Of a DNA stretch of 64,000 nucleotides, positions 11,676 to 20,239 are shown piece after piece. The first letter of the stretch is position 1, and every line of letters starts with the position of its first letter. The notes beneath the pieces were generated by a model. It did not search any database and was not told the DNA's origin. It worked only from the letters and a program-made list of their open reading frames with translations. Source of the stretch: Burkholderiales bacterium. Its GTDB lineage: Bacteria; Pseudomonadota; Gammaproteobacteria; Burkholderiales; SG8-39. A program made the position numbers and the translations under genes. The stretch spans positions 2,115 to 66,114 of the forward strand of contig JALOSW010000006.1 of the NCBI GenBank assembly GCA_025458245.1. Reading direction: 5' to 3'.

Positions 11676-12232
11676 GCGACCCGGCTGCCGCGGAGCCTTC
11701 CGCGCGGCGGCTCCGCCTCTTTTTCGCGCTTTGGCCGGACGCGCCCGTTCGCGCGAAGCTCGCCGCGTTCGCGCGCGCTGCGCACGAACGCATCGGCGGG
11801 CGGATCATGCAGGCCGAGGGGCTGCACATCACGCTCGCGTTCCTCGGCGACGTGGACGCGGCGCGTCTCGATGCGCTGCGTCGAGTCGCTGCCTCGGTGT
11901 CGGTCGAGCCGTTCGACTGGCCGCTCGATGAAGCCGGCTTCTGGAAGCACAACCGCATCGGCTGGGTGGGTGCGACCTCCGTGCCGACGGCGCTCGCGGC
12001 GCTCGTCGCAGATCTCCGCGCCGCACTGACAGCCGGCGGGTTCGCTTTCGACGGCAAGCCGTTCGTTCCGCACGTGACCCTGATCCGCAACGGCGCGCCC
12101 GCCGCGCATCTGCCGACGCTTGCGCCGATCGAATGGCGCGTTTCGCGCTTCGTTCTCGTGAAGTCGGCGCGCGGCCAGGAGGGAAGCCGTTACGAGATCG
12201 CCGGGTCGTGGCCGGCCGAGGCGCGCGGCTGA
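11672..12232 (+). CDS. thpR: RNA 2',3'-cyclic phosphodiesterase (2H family, ThpR/LigT-like)
   Basis: Two HxT motifs are present (HITLAF and HVTLIR). GTG 11672 overlaps the ispF stop (GTGA). Confidence 0.75.
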   Translation: MSDPAAAEPSARRLRLFFALWPDAPVRAKLAAFARAAHERIGGRIMQAEGLHITLAFLGDVDAARLDALRRVAASVSVEPFDWPLDEAGFWKHNRIGWVGATSVPTALAALVADLRAALTAGGFAFDGKPFVPHVTLIRNGAPAAHLPTLAPIEWRVSRFVLVKSARGQEGSRYEIAGSWPAEARG

Positions 12233-12239
12233 GAGAGGC

Positions 12240-13538
12240 TCAGTGCGCCGCCTTCAGAGGCAGCGCGACTCGCGCGACGAGGCCGCCGCCCTCGCGCGCC
12301 AGCAGATCGAAACGGCCGCCGTGCGCGCGCACGATGCGATCGACGATCGCCAAGCCGAGGCCCGATCCGCCCTGGCCGCTGCGCGCCGTTTCCAGACGGG
12401 TGAACGGCTGCTTGAGGCGCTCTACTTCCTCGGCGGGGATGCCGGGGCCGCGGTCCAGGACTTCGACGAAGACCTCGTTGCCGGCGCGGCCGGCGCGGAG
12501 CGACACGTCTTCACCGCCATAGCGGAACGCGTTGTCGAGGAGGTTGGTGATCACGCGGCGGAACGGAACGCGCCGCAGCGGCAGCGGCGGCGTCGGGGAG
12601 ATCTCGGTGGCGAGCGCGTGCCCGGTTTCGCGGGAGTGCCGCGCCACCTCTTCTGCCAGCGTGGCGACGTCGACCGCCTCCGGCGCCTCGCCGCCGTCGA
12701 GCCGCGCGAAGTCGAGGAACTGGCCGATGATCCGGTCCATGTCCTCGATGTCGGCGACCATGCCCGATTTGAGATGCGGATCGTCCGCGCTCATCTCGAC
12801 GCCGAGACGCAGGCGCGCGAGCGGGGTGCGCAGGTCGTGCGAGACGCCGGCGAGGATCAGCGTGCGGTCGTCGTCGAGCCGAGCGAGGTCGCACGACATC
12901 TGGTTGAAGGCACGCGCGAGGGTCTCGACCTCGATCGGGCCTTTTTCGGGCAGGGGCGGAGGCTGCCGTCCGCGGCCGATCTCGCGCGCCGCCGCGGCGA
13001 GTTCGCGCAGCGGGCGGTCCACGCGGGAAACGACGACATAGGCGCCCGCCAGCGCGAGCAGCAGGGCCGCTGCAGCCCACCAGAGCCACTGCAGCGCCTG
13101 CTGGCGCTCGAGGCGCTCGCGCGGCATCGCAACCCAGTATTCGTCGTCCTCGATGGTGAAGCTCACCCAGAGTGCGCGCACGCCGTCGCGTTCTACCGCG
13201 AGGCGCGTGTCCGGCCCGAGGTCGCGGCGAAGCTGCTCGCCGACGAGTTGGAAGAAGGGGCGGTCGGGCGGCGGGACGGACGTGTCGCCCGGCTCGGAAG
13301 GGTAAACGCGGATGCCCTCCAGATCGGCGAGATCGGCGAGCAGGGCGCGCCGGTTCTCGGGCGATGCGTTCACGAGCGCCGCGCGCGTGAGGTTCACCAC
13401 GCTGGCGATGGTCTGCGCCGTCAGTCGCGCCCGCGGCTCGCGCTCCGAAACGCGGAAGATCTGGAACCACGTCAACACCGATGCCACGATCAGCACCGAG
13501 ATCAGCAGGAACGTGCGCCAGAGGAGGGTGCGGGGCAT
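12240..13538 (-). CDS. envZ: EnvZ-like osmosensor histidine kinase
   Basis: Has an N-terminal TM segment, H-box SHDLRTPLARLRL, N-box DNAFRYG, and G-boxes DRGPGIP and GSGLGLAIV. It lies downstream of ompR. Confidence 0.85.
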   Translation of the reverse strand: MPRTLLWRTFLLISVLIVASVLTWFQIFRVSEREPRARLTAQTIASVVNLTRAALVNASPENRRALLADLADLEGIRVYPSEPGDTSVPPPDRPFFQLVGEQLRRDLGPDTRLAVERDGVRALWVSFTIEDDEYWVAMPRERLERQQALQWLWWAAAALLLALAGAYVVVSRVDRPLRELAAAAREIGRGRQPPPLPEKGPIEVETLARAFNQMSCDLARLDDDRTLILAGVSHDLRTPLARLRLGVEMSADDPHLKSGMVADIEDMDRIIGQFLDFARLDGGEAPEAVDVATLAEEVARHSRETGHALATEISPTPPLPLRRVPFRRVITNLLDNAFRYGGEDVSLRAGRAGNEVFVEVLDRGPGIPAEEVERLKQPFTRLETARSGQGGSGLGLAIVDRIVRAHGGRFDLLAREGGGLVARVALPLKAAH

Positions 13539-13639
13539 GCGGAGGCGCTCAGCGTTCAGGGCTGGGCAGTCCGACGTCGCGTTTCATGTCGGCTCGGCAC
13601 GCGATCGTAGCGGCGCCTGCGCGCAGGACCTCGGCGGGA

Positions 13640-14398
13640 TCAGGCGCCCGCTGCATCGGAAGGTCGACCGCCGCCATCCGACGGCTCGTCGGGGACGAAC
13701 ACATACCCGAAGCCCCAGACTGTCTGGATGTAGCGCGGCTTAGCCGGATCGGGCTCCACCAGCTTGCGCAGGCGCGAGACCTGGACGTCGATGGCGCGGT
13801 CGAAGACCTCGTACTCCCGCCCGCGCGCGAGTTCCATCAGCCGCTCGCGCGACAGCGGCTGCCGGGGGTTCGTGACCAGCACCTTCAGCAGCGCGAATTC
13901 GCCGGTCGTGAGCGAGAGCGTCTCCCCGTTCTTGGTGAGCGTGCGCTTGGCGAGATCCACGACCATGCCGCCGAACGCGAAGCTCTCGGCCTCGGCAGAG
14001 GGTGCGCCGGGCGGCGGCGGGGCCGAACGGCGGCGCAGCACGGCGTTGATCCGCGCGACCAGCTCGCGCGGATTGAAGGGCTTCGGCAGATAGTCGTCCG
14101 CGCCCATCTCCAGCCCCACGATGCGGTCGACGTCGGCGCCCTTGGCGGTGAGCATGACGATCGGGATCGCGTTCTTGGTGCCGCGCAGCCGGCGGCAGAT
14201 CGAAAGCCCGTCCTCGCCCGGCAACATGAGGTCGAGCACGATGAGGTCGTAGCGCTCGTGCGCGAGTTGCCGATCCATCGCCGCGCCCTCGGACACGGTG
14301 CGAACGGCGAAGCCCTGCTCGGTGAGATAGCGGTCGAGCAGGTCGCGCAACCGCAGGTCGTCGTCGACGACGAGAATCCTGGTTTTCGTGTCTCCCAT
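13640..14398 (-). CDS. ompR: OmpR-family response regulator
   Basis: Shows RILVVDDDLRLRDLL, DLMLPGEDG, and the winged-helix region RAIDVQVSRLRKLVE and YIQTVWGFGYVF. I chose the start at ATG 14398 (MGDTKTRILVV). Confidence 0.9.
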   Translation of the reverse strand: MGDTKTRILVVDDDLRLRDLLDRYLTEQGFAVRTVSEGAAMDRQLAHERYDLIVLDLMLPGEDGLSICRRLRGTKNAIPIVMLTAKGADVDRIVGLEMGADDYLPKPFNPRELVARINAVLRRRSAPPPPGAPSAEAESFAFGGMVVDLAKRTLTKNGETLSLTTGEFALLKVLVTNPRQPLSRERLMELARGREYEVFDRAIDVQVSRLRKLVEPDPAKPRYIQTVWGFGYVFVPDEPSDGGGRPSDAAGA

Positions 14399-14472
14399 GA
14401 GCGGCAATGCTACCCGGCCGAGCGTCCTGCTCGCCAGGGCGTTGGTAACGCGCTGTTGCCGGGGCATGTCCT

Positions 14473-14521
14473 GAAACAGGCGGTTACAACTCGACCCGTG
14501 CCGCTCACATTCGCCTTACAT
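14473..14521. promoter_or_regulatory. OmpR-box-like phased half-sites in the ompR / small-protein divergent region
   Basis: GAAACA (14473) and GTTACA (14483) are 10 bp apart. CACAT (14506) and TACAT (14517) follow at about one helical turn from each other. They resemble the E. coli OmpR half-sites TTTACA/GAAACA. Confidence 0.3.
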
Positions 14522-14619
14522 GGTCGGGCTAGAGTGCGGCCATGCGTCGACGCAGAGCGGCGCGACAAAGGAGGTCACCGGGGCTCCGACTGGGCCCGAT
14601 TCACCGGGGGACTGCAAAG

Positions 14620-14943
14620 ATGGCAATCTCGAGGGCAATGCTGTTCGTCGCGCTGGCCTTAAGCCTGCCGACTGCCGCATTCGCGGCAATGCGGGACCCG
14701 GGCGCCAACCATCGCCAGCGCCACGAGCAGGCGCGCATTCTTCAGGGCGCGAAGTCCGGCGAACTGACGCGCGCCGAGTTGCGCCGGCTCGAAATGGAGC
14801 AGCGAGCGATTCGGCGGCAGGAGCGAGCGTACAGGTCGGATGGTAAGCTGACCATCGAGGAGCGCAGGGACCTGCACGGCGATCTCCGCGCGGCGAGCCG
14901 CCGTATCTACGAAGAAAAGCATGACGCCGAGCGCCGCAACTAG
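14620..14943 (+). CDS. Small secreted/periplasmic charged protein, hypothetical
   Basis: ATG 14620 gives MAISRAMLFVALALSLPTAAFAA (signal peptide), then an Arg/Glu-rich helical sequence ending EERRDLHGDLRAASRRIYEEKHD. Confidence 0.55.
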   Translation: MAISRAMLFVALALSLPTAAFAAMRDPGANHRQRHEQARILQGAKSGELTRAELRRLEMEQRAIRRQERAYRSDGKLTIEERRDLHGDLRAASRRIYEEKHDAERRN

Positions 14944-14987
14944 CGCGTGAGGTTCATGGACCGCGTCGTCAGTCTGCGTCCCACCAA

Positions 14988-15302
14988 ATGAATCGCATCC
15001 TGATCATCGTCGGCTTCGCGGCAGCGCTGGCCTCGGCGCTACCCGCCGCAGCCCAGCCGGGTCCGGGCGGTCCGCGGCGTGGTGACCCTGGCGGCCCGGG
15101 GCCGATGCACCGCGAGTTCCGCGGCGATCCCGGGCAGCGCGACTATCGCCACCCGAACGATCCGTATCGCGGCGGCGGCCGGATGTCGCCCGACGAGCGG
15201 CGGCAGTTGCGGCGCGATATCGACGACGCGGGCCGCGATCTCTATCGGCCGCGCCCGGACCGACCCGCGCCGCCGCGCCAAGGTCCGGACGCGCAGCGCT
15301 GA
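14988..15302 (+). CDS. Small secreted Pro/Gly/Arg-rich protein, hypothetical
   Basis: MNRILIIVGFAAALASALPAAAQ is a signal peptide. The C-terminal DERRQLRRDIDDAGRDLY is related to the C-terminus of the upstream gene. Confidence 0.55.
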   Translation: MNRILIIVGFAAALASALPAAAQPGPGGPRRGDPGGPGPMHREFRGDPGQRDYRHPNDPYRGGGRMSPDERRQLRRDIDDAGRDLYRPRPDRPAPPRQGPDAQR

Positions 15303-15643
15303 CGCTTAGCCGTGGTGCGGCCATCGGCGTAGCGGCCGCGATGCGGCGCGGGTTGGCTTCGGCAATGCCTTCGCTCTCGCTCCCCGGCGCAGCGACGATG
15401 GGTCCCTGCGGGGTCGGCACCCGTTCGCGCGCGCTGGGCTCGTGCCGTCGCTTGCGAAGGCGAACGGTCGGCGCTTCGCGGTGCCGGGCTATCCACGCAC
15501 GCCGGACTTCACCCACGGGCCCCGATCATCATTGCTGGCAAAGCGCGGTTGATCGCGCGATCCCGCGGGTGAGCTTTCCGATGCCCGCGGCGGGAAGTCG
15601 GTCGCCCGCGCCTCGTCGTCGGGTTTGCGGAACCGGGCTGCAC

Positions 15644-15649
15644 TAGAAT
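15644..15649 (+). promoter_or_regulatory. Candidate -10 box (TAGAAT) upstream of the YwiC-like gene
   Basis: Sequence gcacTAGAATtcgcg lies in a 408-bp ORF-poor gap, about 60 nt upstream of TTG 15711. Confidence 0.3.
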
Positions 15650-15710
15650 TCGCGCCTCATCGTGCCGACGTTCCCCTCCGGGAGCGCGGGGCGGTTCGGG
15701 GAGATCAGAT

Positions 15711-16478
15711 TTGAACAGCCGTTTCTGGCCGCGGGAGCACGGCGCGTATGCCGAGCTTCTGTTTCCGATTGCGTCGGGGCTCGTTCTCGGGCGACCGGGA
15801 TTCGTCGCGTTCGGCTTCGCCATCGCTGCGGTGCTCCTGTTTCTCGCGAACGAGGCACTGCTGGTCGCGCTCGGGTTCAGAGGCGGGCGGCTCCGCGAGG
15901 AACTCGGTGCAGCGGCGCGCCGTCACGTGGCGATGCTCGTGGTGATCGCGGCGATCGTCGGACTCGGGGCGCTCTATCTCGGGTCGCCGAGAGTTCGCCT
16001 CCTCGCCCTCGCGCCCGTCGCGCTCGGCGCGGTGCTCGTGCCGCTGGTGTTCGCGAAACGGCTCAAGACCCTCGGCGGTGAATTGCTCGCCGTCGCCGCG
16101 TTCGCGGCGATCCACCTCCCGGTCGGCGCGGCGTCCGGGCTCGAAGGCGTCGCGCTTTGGGGGCCAGTCGCCGTGTGGCTCGCGAGCTTCGCGTCCGGGA
16201 CGCTCGCCGTGCACGCGATCAAGGCGAGGCAGCAGCGGCGCGACCCGGGTCTCACGGGTGCCGCACGCGTATTCTCGATCGCCGTAGCGATCTCTGCCGC
16301 CGTCGCGGCCGCGGCGAGCTCGGAATGGCGCTGGCTCGGCGTCGCCGCGTTCGTGCCCTGCGCAGCGGTGGCGGTCGTGAATTTCCTGCCGATCCGTACC
16401 AAGGCGCTGAAGACGCTCGGCTGGTCGCTCGTCGGGGCGAATCTCGTCGCGCTGGCGGTGCTCGCAGTGGCGTATTAG
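15711..16478 (+). CDS. YwiC-like polytopic membrane protein
   Basis: The sequence is hydrophobic throughout. The N-terminus PREHGAYAELLFP resembles the conserved start of the YwiC-like family. The start codon is TTG. Confidence 0.55.
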   Translation: MNSRFWPREHGAYAELLFPIASGLVLGRPGFVAFGFAIAAVLLFLANEALLVALGFRGGRLREELGAAARRHVAMLVVIAAIVGLGALYLGSPRVRLLALAPVALGAVLVPLVFAKRLKTLGGELLAVAAFAAIHLPVGAASGLEGVALWGPVAVWLASFASGTLAVHAIKARQQRRDPGLTGAARVFSIAVAISAAVAAAASSEWRWLGVAAFVPCAAVAVVNFLPIRTKALKTLGWSLVGANLVALAVLAVAY

Positions 16479-16491
16479 CCGGCCGTACGTC

Positions 16492-17250
16492 TCAGGCGGT
16501 GAGCCCCACGAAGCCGTCGTACGCAAGCTTCGACCCGGCGAGGAAGAGAAGCACGTACACCGCCTTCATGAACCCCGTCGCCGACAAGCGGCGCTGAAGG
16601 AAGATGCCGAGGAGGATGCCGGCGATCGCGACGGGCACGAGCACGGCGGAGGTCGCGAGGTTCCGCGCGTCGAAGAGGCCCAGGGCGAGATAGGGCACGA
16701 CCTTCGCGGCGTTGATCGCCGTGAAGAACATCACCGTAGTGCCCACGAACACCGCCTTCTCCAGGCGCTGCGGGATGAGCCAGACGTTGAGCGGTGGTCC
16801 GCCTGCGTGCGCGACGAAGCTCGTGAAGCCCGACACCGCGGCCCAGAAGCGGCCCCGCGCGGGCCGCGGTTTTTCAGCGGGCAGGCCGCGGCGGATCGCC
16901 ACGTTCGCTACGAAACCGATGGCGATCATGCCGAGGAGCAGCCGGATCGCGTAGTCGTTGAGATAGCGGAACGTGAGCCAGCCGATCGCGATTCCGACCA
17001 GCCCGGCGGGCAGGATGACGCGCATCACGGGCCGGCTCCAGGTCTTGCGGTAGGCGAGCACGCCCACGATGTCCATGACCATCAGTATCGGCAGCATGAT
17101 CGCTGCAGCCTGCGCGGGAGAGATGACGAGCGCCATCATCGGCACCGCGACGCCGCCGATGCCGCTGCCGAATCCCCCTTTGGAGATCCCCGTGAGGATG
17201 ATCGCGGGGATCGCCGCCACGAAGAACCAGGGGTTGGCGATCAGATCCAA
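16492..17250 (-). CDS. TauE/SafE (TSUP, DUF81) family anion exporter
   Basis: Shows ISKGGFGSGIGGVAVPMM and a second repeat VAHAGGPPLNVWL. It is polytopic, with a TTG start. Confidence 0.85.
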   Translation of the reverse strand: MDLIANPWFFVAAIPAIILTGISKGGFGSGIGGVAVPMMALVISPAQAAAIMLPILMVMDIVGVLAYRKTWSRPVMRVILPAGLVGIAIGWLTFRYLNDYAIRLLLGMIAIGFVANVAIRRGLPAEKPRPARGRFWAAVSGFTSFVAHAGGPPLNVWLIPQRLEKAVFVGTTVMFFTAINAAKVVPYLALGLFDARNLATSAVLVPVAIAGILLGIFLQRRLSATGFMKAVYVLLFLAGSKLAYDGFVGLTA

Positions 17251-17439
17251 TCGGACTCACCGCGAAGGCGCGACCGATGCCACCCGCGACGCAAAGCCGG
17301 TCGCGAGCCGCACGCGGGAAGGCGCCGTCGCACCAGGGGCCGGCGAACGCAGGTTCCCGCCTCGCGGGCACGCGCACGGACGTCCCGCAGGAGCGTTCCT
17401 TCGAGTGTGCGGCCGTCGGGTCTTTGCGGTTCTATCGCG

Positions 17440-18942
17440 TCACCCGCCCGCCGCCTGCTCCCGAAGGACGCGCTTCAGGATCTTGCCCGTGGCGCTCTTG
17501 GGCAGTTCCTTCACGATGTCGACGCGCTCGGGCGCCTTGTAGACGGCAAGCATCTCGCGGCAGTATTGCGCGATCGATTCCGGTGTGGCGTGCGCGCCGT
17601 CTTTCAGCACGACTGCGACGCGCACCTGCTCGCCCTTGAGCGGATCGGCCGCGCCGTACACCGCGACTTCCTTGACCGCCGGGTGGCGATAGAGCATCTG
17701 CTCCACTTCCGCGGGCCAGACCTTGAAGCCCGACACGTTGATCATGTCCTTCACCCGGTCGACGATATAGACGTAGCCCGATTCGTCCATCCGGCCGATG
17801 TCGCCCGAGTGCAACCAGCCCCCCCGCAGCGCGCGCTCGGTGTCCTCGGGCTTGCCCCAATAGCCCTTCATCACGCCAGGCCCGCGTATGACGATCTCGC
17901 CCCACTCGCCGGGTGGCAGCTCCTGGTCCTTCTCGTCGAGGATCTTCAGCTCGAATCCGGGAACCGCCGTCCCGACCGACCCGAAGCGATGCTCGGTCGC
18001 GTGGTTGTAGCAGGCGAACGGCGAGCATTCGGTGAGCCCGTAGCCCTCGTAGACGCGTCGGCCGAAGCGCTCGGACCAGCGCCGCGAGATTTCCTCGGGC
18101 ATCGTGGCCGCCGCCGAGAAGTAGTAGTCGATCGGCGCGAGCGCTGCGCTCGGCAGCTCCGCGTTCAGGAGCGCGATGTAGATGGTGGGCACGGCGAAGA
18201 ACTTGGTGATCTCCCCGCGCTTCACCGACTCGAGCACCGCTTCGGGCACGAAGCGCCGGAAGAGAACGAGGGTCGCGCCCGCCTGGAAGCCCCCGTTCAT
18301 GATGAAGTTCTGGCCGAAGACGTGGAAGAGCGGCAGGAAGAGCGCGAGCCCGTCGCCCGGCGCGAACCCCACGACCTGCGCGGTCATGCGCGAGTTCGAG
18401 ACGATGTTGGCGTGAGTGAGCGTGACGCCCTTCGGCGTGCCGGTCGTGCCCGACGAATAAAGCAGCGACGCCGGATGGTCGGGAGCCATGCCGGTGGTGC
18501 GGAACTTCGGGTTCCCGGCGGCGAGCCAGTCGTCGAGCGCGATCTCGTCCGGCTCGGCGCCCTCGCAGAGCACCGTGTGCTTGACCGACGGGCACTCCGG
18601 CCGAGGGAGATTGGGCAGCAGCTCTGCGGTGGTGAACACGACCTTCGGCTGCGCATCGTTGACGATGAAGCGCACCTCCTGCCACTTGAAGATCGAGTTG
18701 ATCGAAACGGCGACCGCGCCGGCCTTCTCGATCGCGAGGTAGGCGAGCGCGAACGCGGGAATGTTGGGGAGGTAGAGCGCGACCCGGTCGCCCGGGTTGA
18801 CGCCGTGCTTGACGAGGCTGTCGGCCAGCGCCCGCGCGCAGTAGTCGAGCACGCCGTAGCTGACGCTCTTGCCCTCGAACAGGATCGCCGCGCGGTCGGG
18901 GTGCTCCCGGGCTTGGCGCTCGACGTGCTCCGCGATGTTCAT
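17440..18942 (-). CDS. AMP-dependent synthetase / acyl-CoA ligase
   Basis: Shows the AMP-binding motif YSSGTTGTPKGVTLTH, then GYGLTE, and the C-terminal GKILKR. Confidence 0.9.
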   Translation of the reverse strand: MNIAEHVERQAREHPDRAAILFEGKSVSYGVLDYCARALADSLVKHGVNPGDRVALYLPNIPAFALAYLAIEKAGAVAVSINSIFKWQEVRFIVNDAQPKVVFTTAELLPNLPRPECPSVKHTVLCEGAEPDEIALDDWLAAGNPKFRTTGMAPDHPASLLYSSGTTGTPKGVTLTHANIVSNSRMTAQVVGFAPGDGLALFLPLFHVFGQNFIMNGGFQAGATLVLFRRFVPEAVLESVKRGEITKFFAVPTIYIALLNAELPSAALAPIDYYFSAAATMPEEISRRWSERFGRRVYEGYGLTECSPFACYNHATEHRFGSVGTAVPGFELKILDEKDQELPPGEWGEIVIRGPGVMKGYWGKPEDTERALRGGWLHSGDIGRMDESGYVYIVDRVKDMINVSGFKVWPAEVEQMLYRHPAVKEVAVYGAADPLKGEQVRVAVVLKDGAHATPESIAQYCREMLAVYKAPERVDIVKELPKSATGKILKRVLREQAAGG

Positions 18943-18991
18943 GTGATGACTCCGGATGGGCGCGGCGCCTGGCGCCGGCGTGTTGGGGTTG

Positions 18992-20050
18992 CTAGATGGC
19001 TTCCGCGACCGCCTTGCCGACGTCCTGGGTCGCGGCCTTGCCGCCCATGTCGGGCGTGCGCGGACCTTGGCCGAGCACCGTCTCGATCGCCTTCACGACG
19101 GCTTCGCCGGCGGCGCTCTCGCCGAGGTGCTCGAGAAGCATCGCGCCGGACCAGATCTGGCCGATCGGGTTGGCGATATTGCGGCCGTAGATGTCGGGCG
19201 CGGAGCCGTGCACGGGCTCGAAGAGCGATGGGAACGCGCGCTCCGGATTGATGTTGCCCGAAGGCGCGATCCCGATCGTCCCCGTGGTCGCAGGGCCGAG
19301 GTCCGAGAGGATGTCGCCGAACAGGTTCGAGGCGACGATCACGTCGAACCGCCCCGGATCGAGCACGAGCGGGATGGTGAGGCCGTCGATGTGGTACTGG
19401 TCGGACTTCACGTCGGGATACTGCGTCGCCATCGCGCGGAAGCGCTCGTCCCAGTAGGGCATCGTGATGGCGATGCCGTTCGATTTGGTCGCCGACGTGA
19501 CGTGCCGCTTCGGCCGCGTGCGCGCGAGTTCGAACGCGAACCGCAGGATGCGGTCGACGCCTTTGCGCGAGAAGGTGGCGAGCTGGGTGACGAACTCGCG
19601 ATCGGTGCCCTCGAACATGCGTCCGCCGACCGAGGAGTACTCGCCTTCGGTGTTCTCGCGCACGACGAAATAGTCGATGTCGCCGACGCGCCGGTCGGCA
19701 AGGGGAGAGCGTACGCCCGGCATCAGCCGCACGGGCCGGAGGTTCACGTACTGGTCGAACTCGCGGCGGAACTTGATCAGCGAGCCCCACAGAGACACGT
19801 GATCGGGAACGAGCGCCGGCCAGCCGGTCGCGCCGAAGTAGATCGCGTCGGCGGCGCCGATGCGCTCCTTCCAGTCTTCGGGCATCCAGTGGCCGAGCTT
19901 CGCCATGCGCTCTGAGCTCCAGTCGAAGGTCTCGATGGCGAGCGCGAAGCCGAACCGCCTTGCCGCGGCTTCGAGGGCGCGCACGCCCTCGGGCACGACC
20001 TCCTTGCCGATGCCGTCGCCGGGGATGACTGCGATCTTGTAGGTTTTCAT
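18992..20050 (-). CDS. Tartrate dehydrogenase / 3-isopropylmalate dehydrogenase family oxidative decarboxylase
   Basis: Shows IAVIPGDGIGKEVV, NLRPVR and SNLFGDILSDLG. An SD (AGAGAGGA) precedes ATG 20050. Confidence 0.85.
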   Translation of the reverse strand: MKTYKIAVIPGDGIGKEVVPEGVRALEAAARRFGFALAIETFDWSSERMAKLGHWMPEDWKERIGAADAIYFGATGWPALVPDHVSLWGSLIKFRREFDQYVNLRPVRLMPGVRSPLADRRVGDIDYFVVRENTEGEYSSVGGRMFEGTDREFVTQLATFSRKGVDRILRFAFELARTRPKRHVTSATKSNGIAITMPYWDERFRAMATQYPDVKSDQYHIDGLTIPLVLDPGRFDVIVASNLFGDILSDLGPATTGTIGIAPSGNINPERAFPSLFEPVHGSAPDIYGRNIANPIGQIWSGAMLLEHLGESAAGEAVVKAIETVLGQGPRTPDMGGKAATQDVGKAVAEAI

Positions 20051-20062
20051 GATCCTCTCTGT

Positions 20063-20217
20063 TCACCACGGAGGCACTGAGCGCGCGAGCGGCCGCAGAG
20101 CAGAGCTTTCGCGCGGCTGCGCGCCGGCGCCGAAAGTCTGCACAGCCTGTCGAGGGGTCGAGCGCCCGCGATCCGTCGTGCTCACGTTCCTCTGTGTCCT
20201 CCGAGTCTCCGTGGTGA
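20063..20217 (-). repeat. 11-bp perfect inverted repeat closing a 133-nt intercistronic domain
   Basis: TCACCACGGAG (20063-20073) pairs with CTCCGTGGTGA (20207-20217). It lies between the BKACE stop (20240) and the next gene's SD and ATG (20050). Confidence 0.5.
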
Positions 20218-20239
20218 TGCCCTTTCGCGTTGCTTCGTC

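Noticed and set aside
15004-15516. A 170-aa minus-strand ORF overlapping the 14988-15302 small gene.
   Set aside because: Its product is Arg/Ala/Pro-rich with no motifs. The plus-strand ORF has a canonical signal peptide and a C-terminal motif shared with its upstream paralogue.
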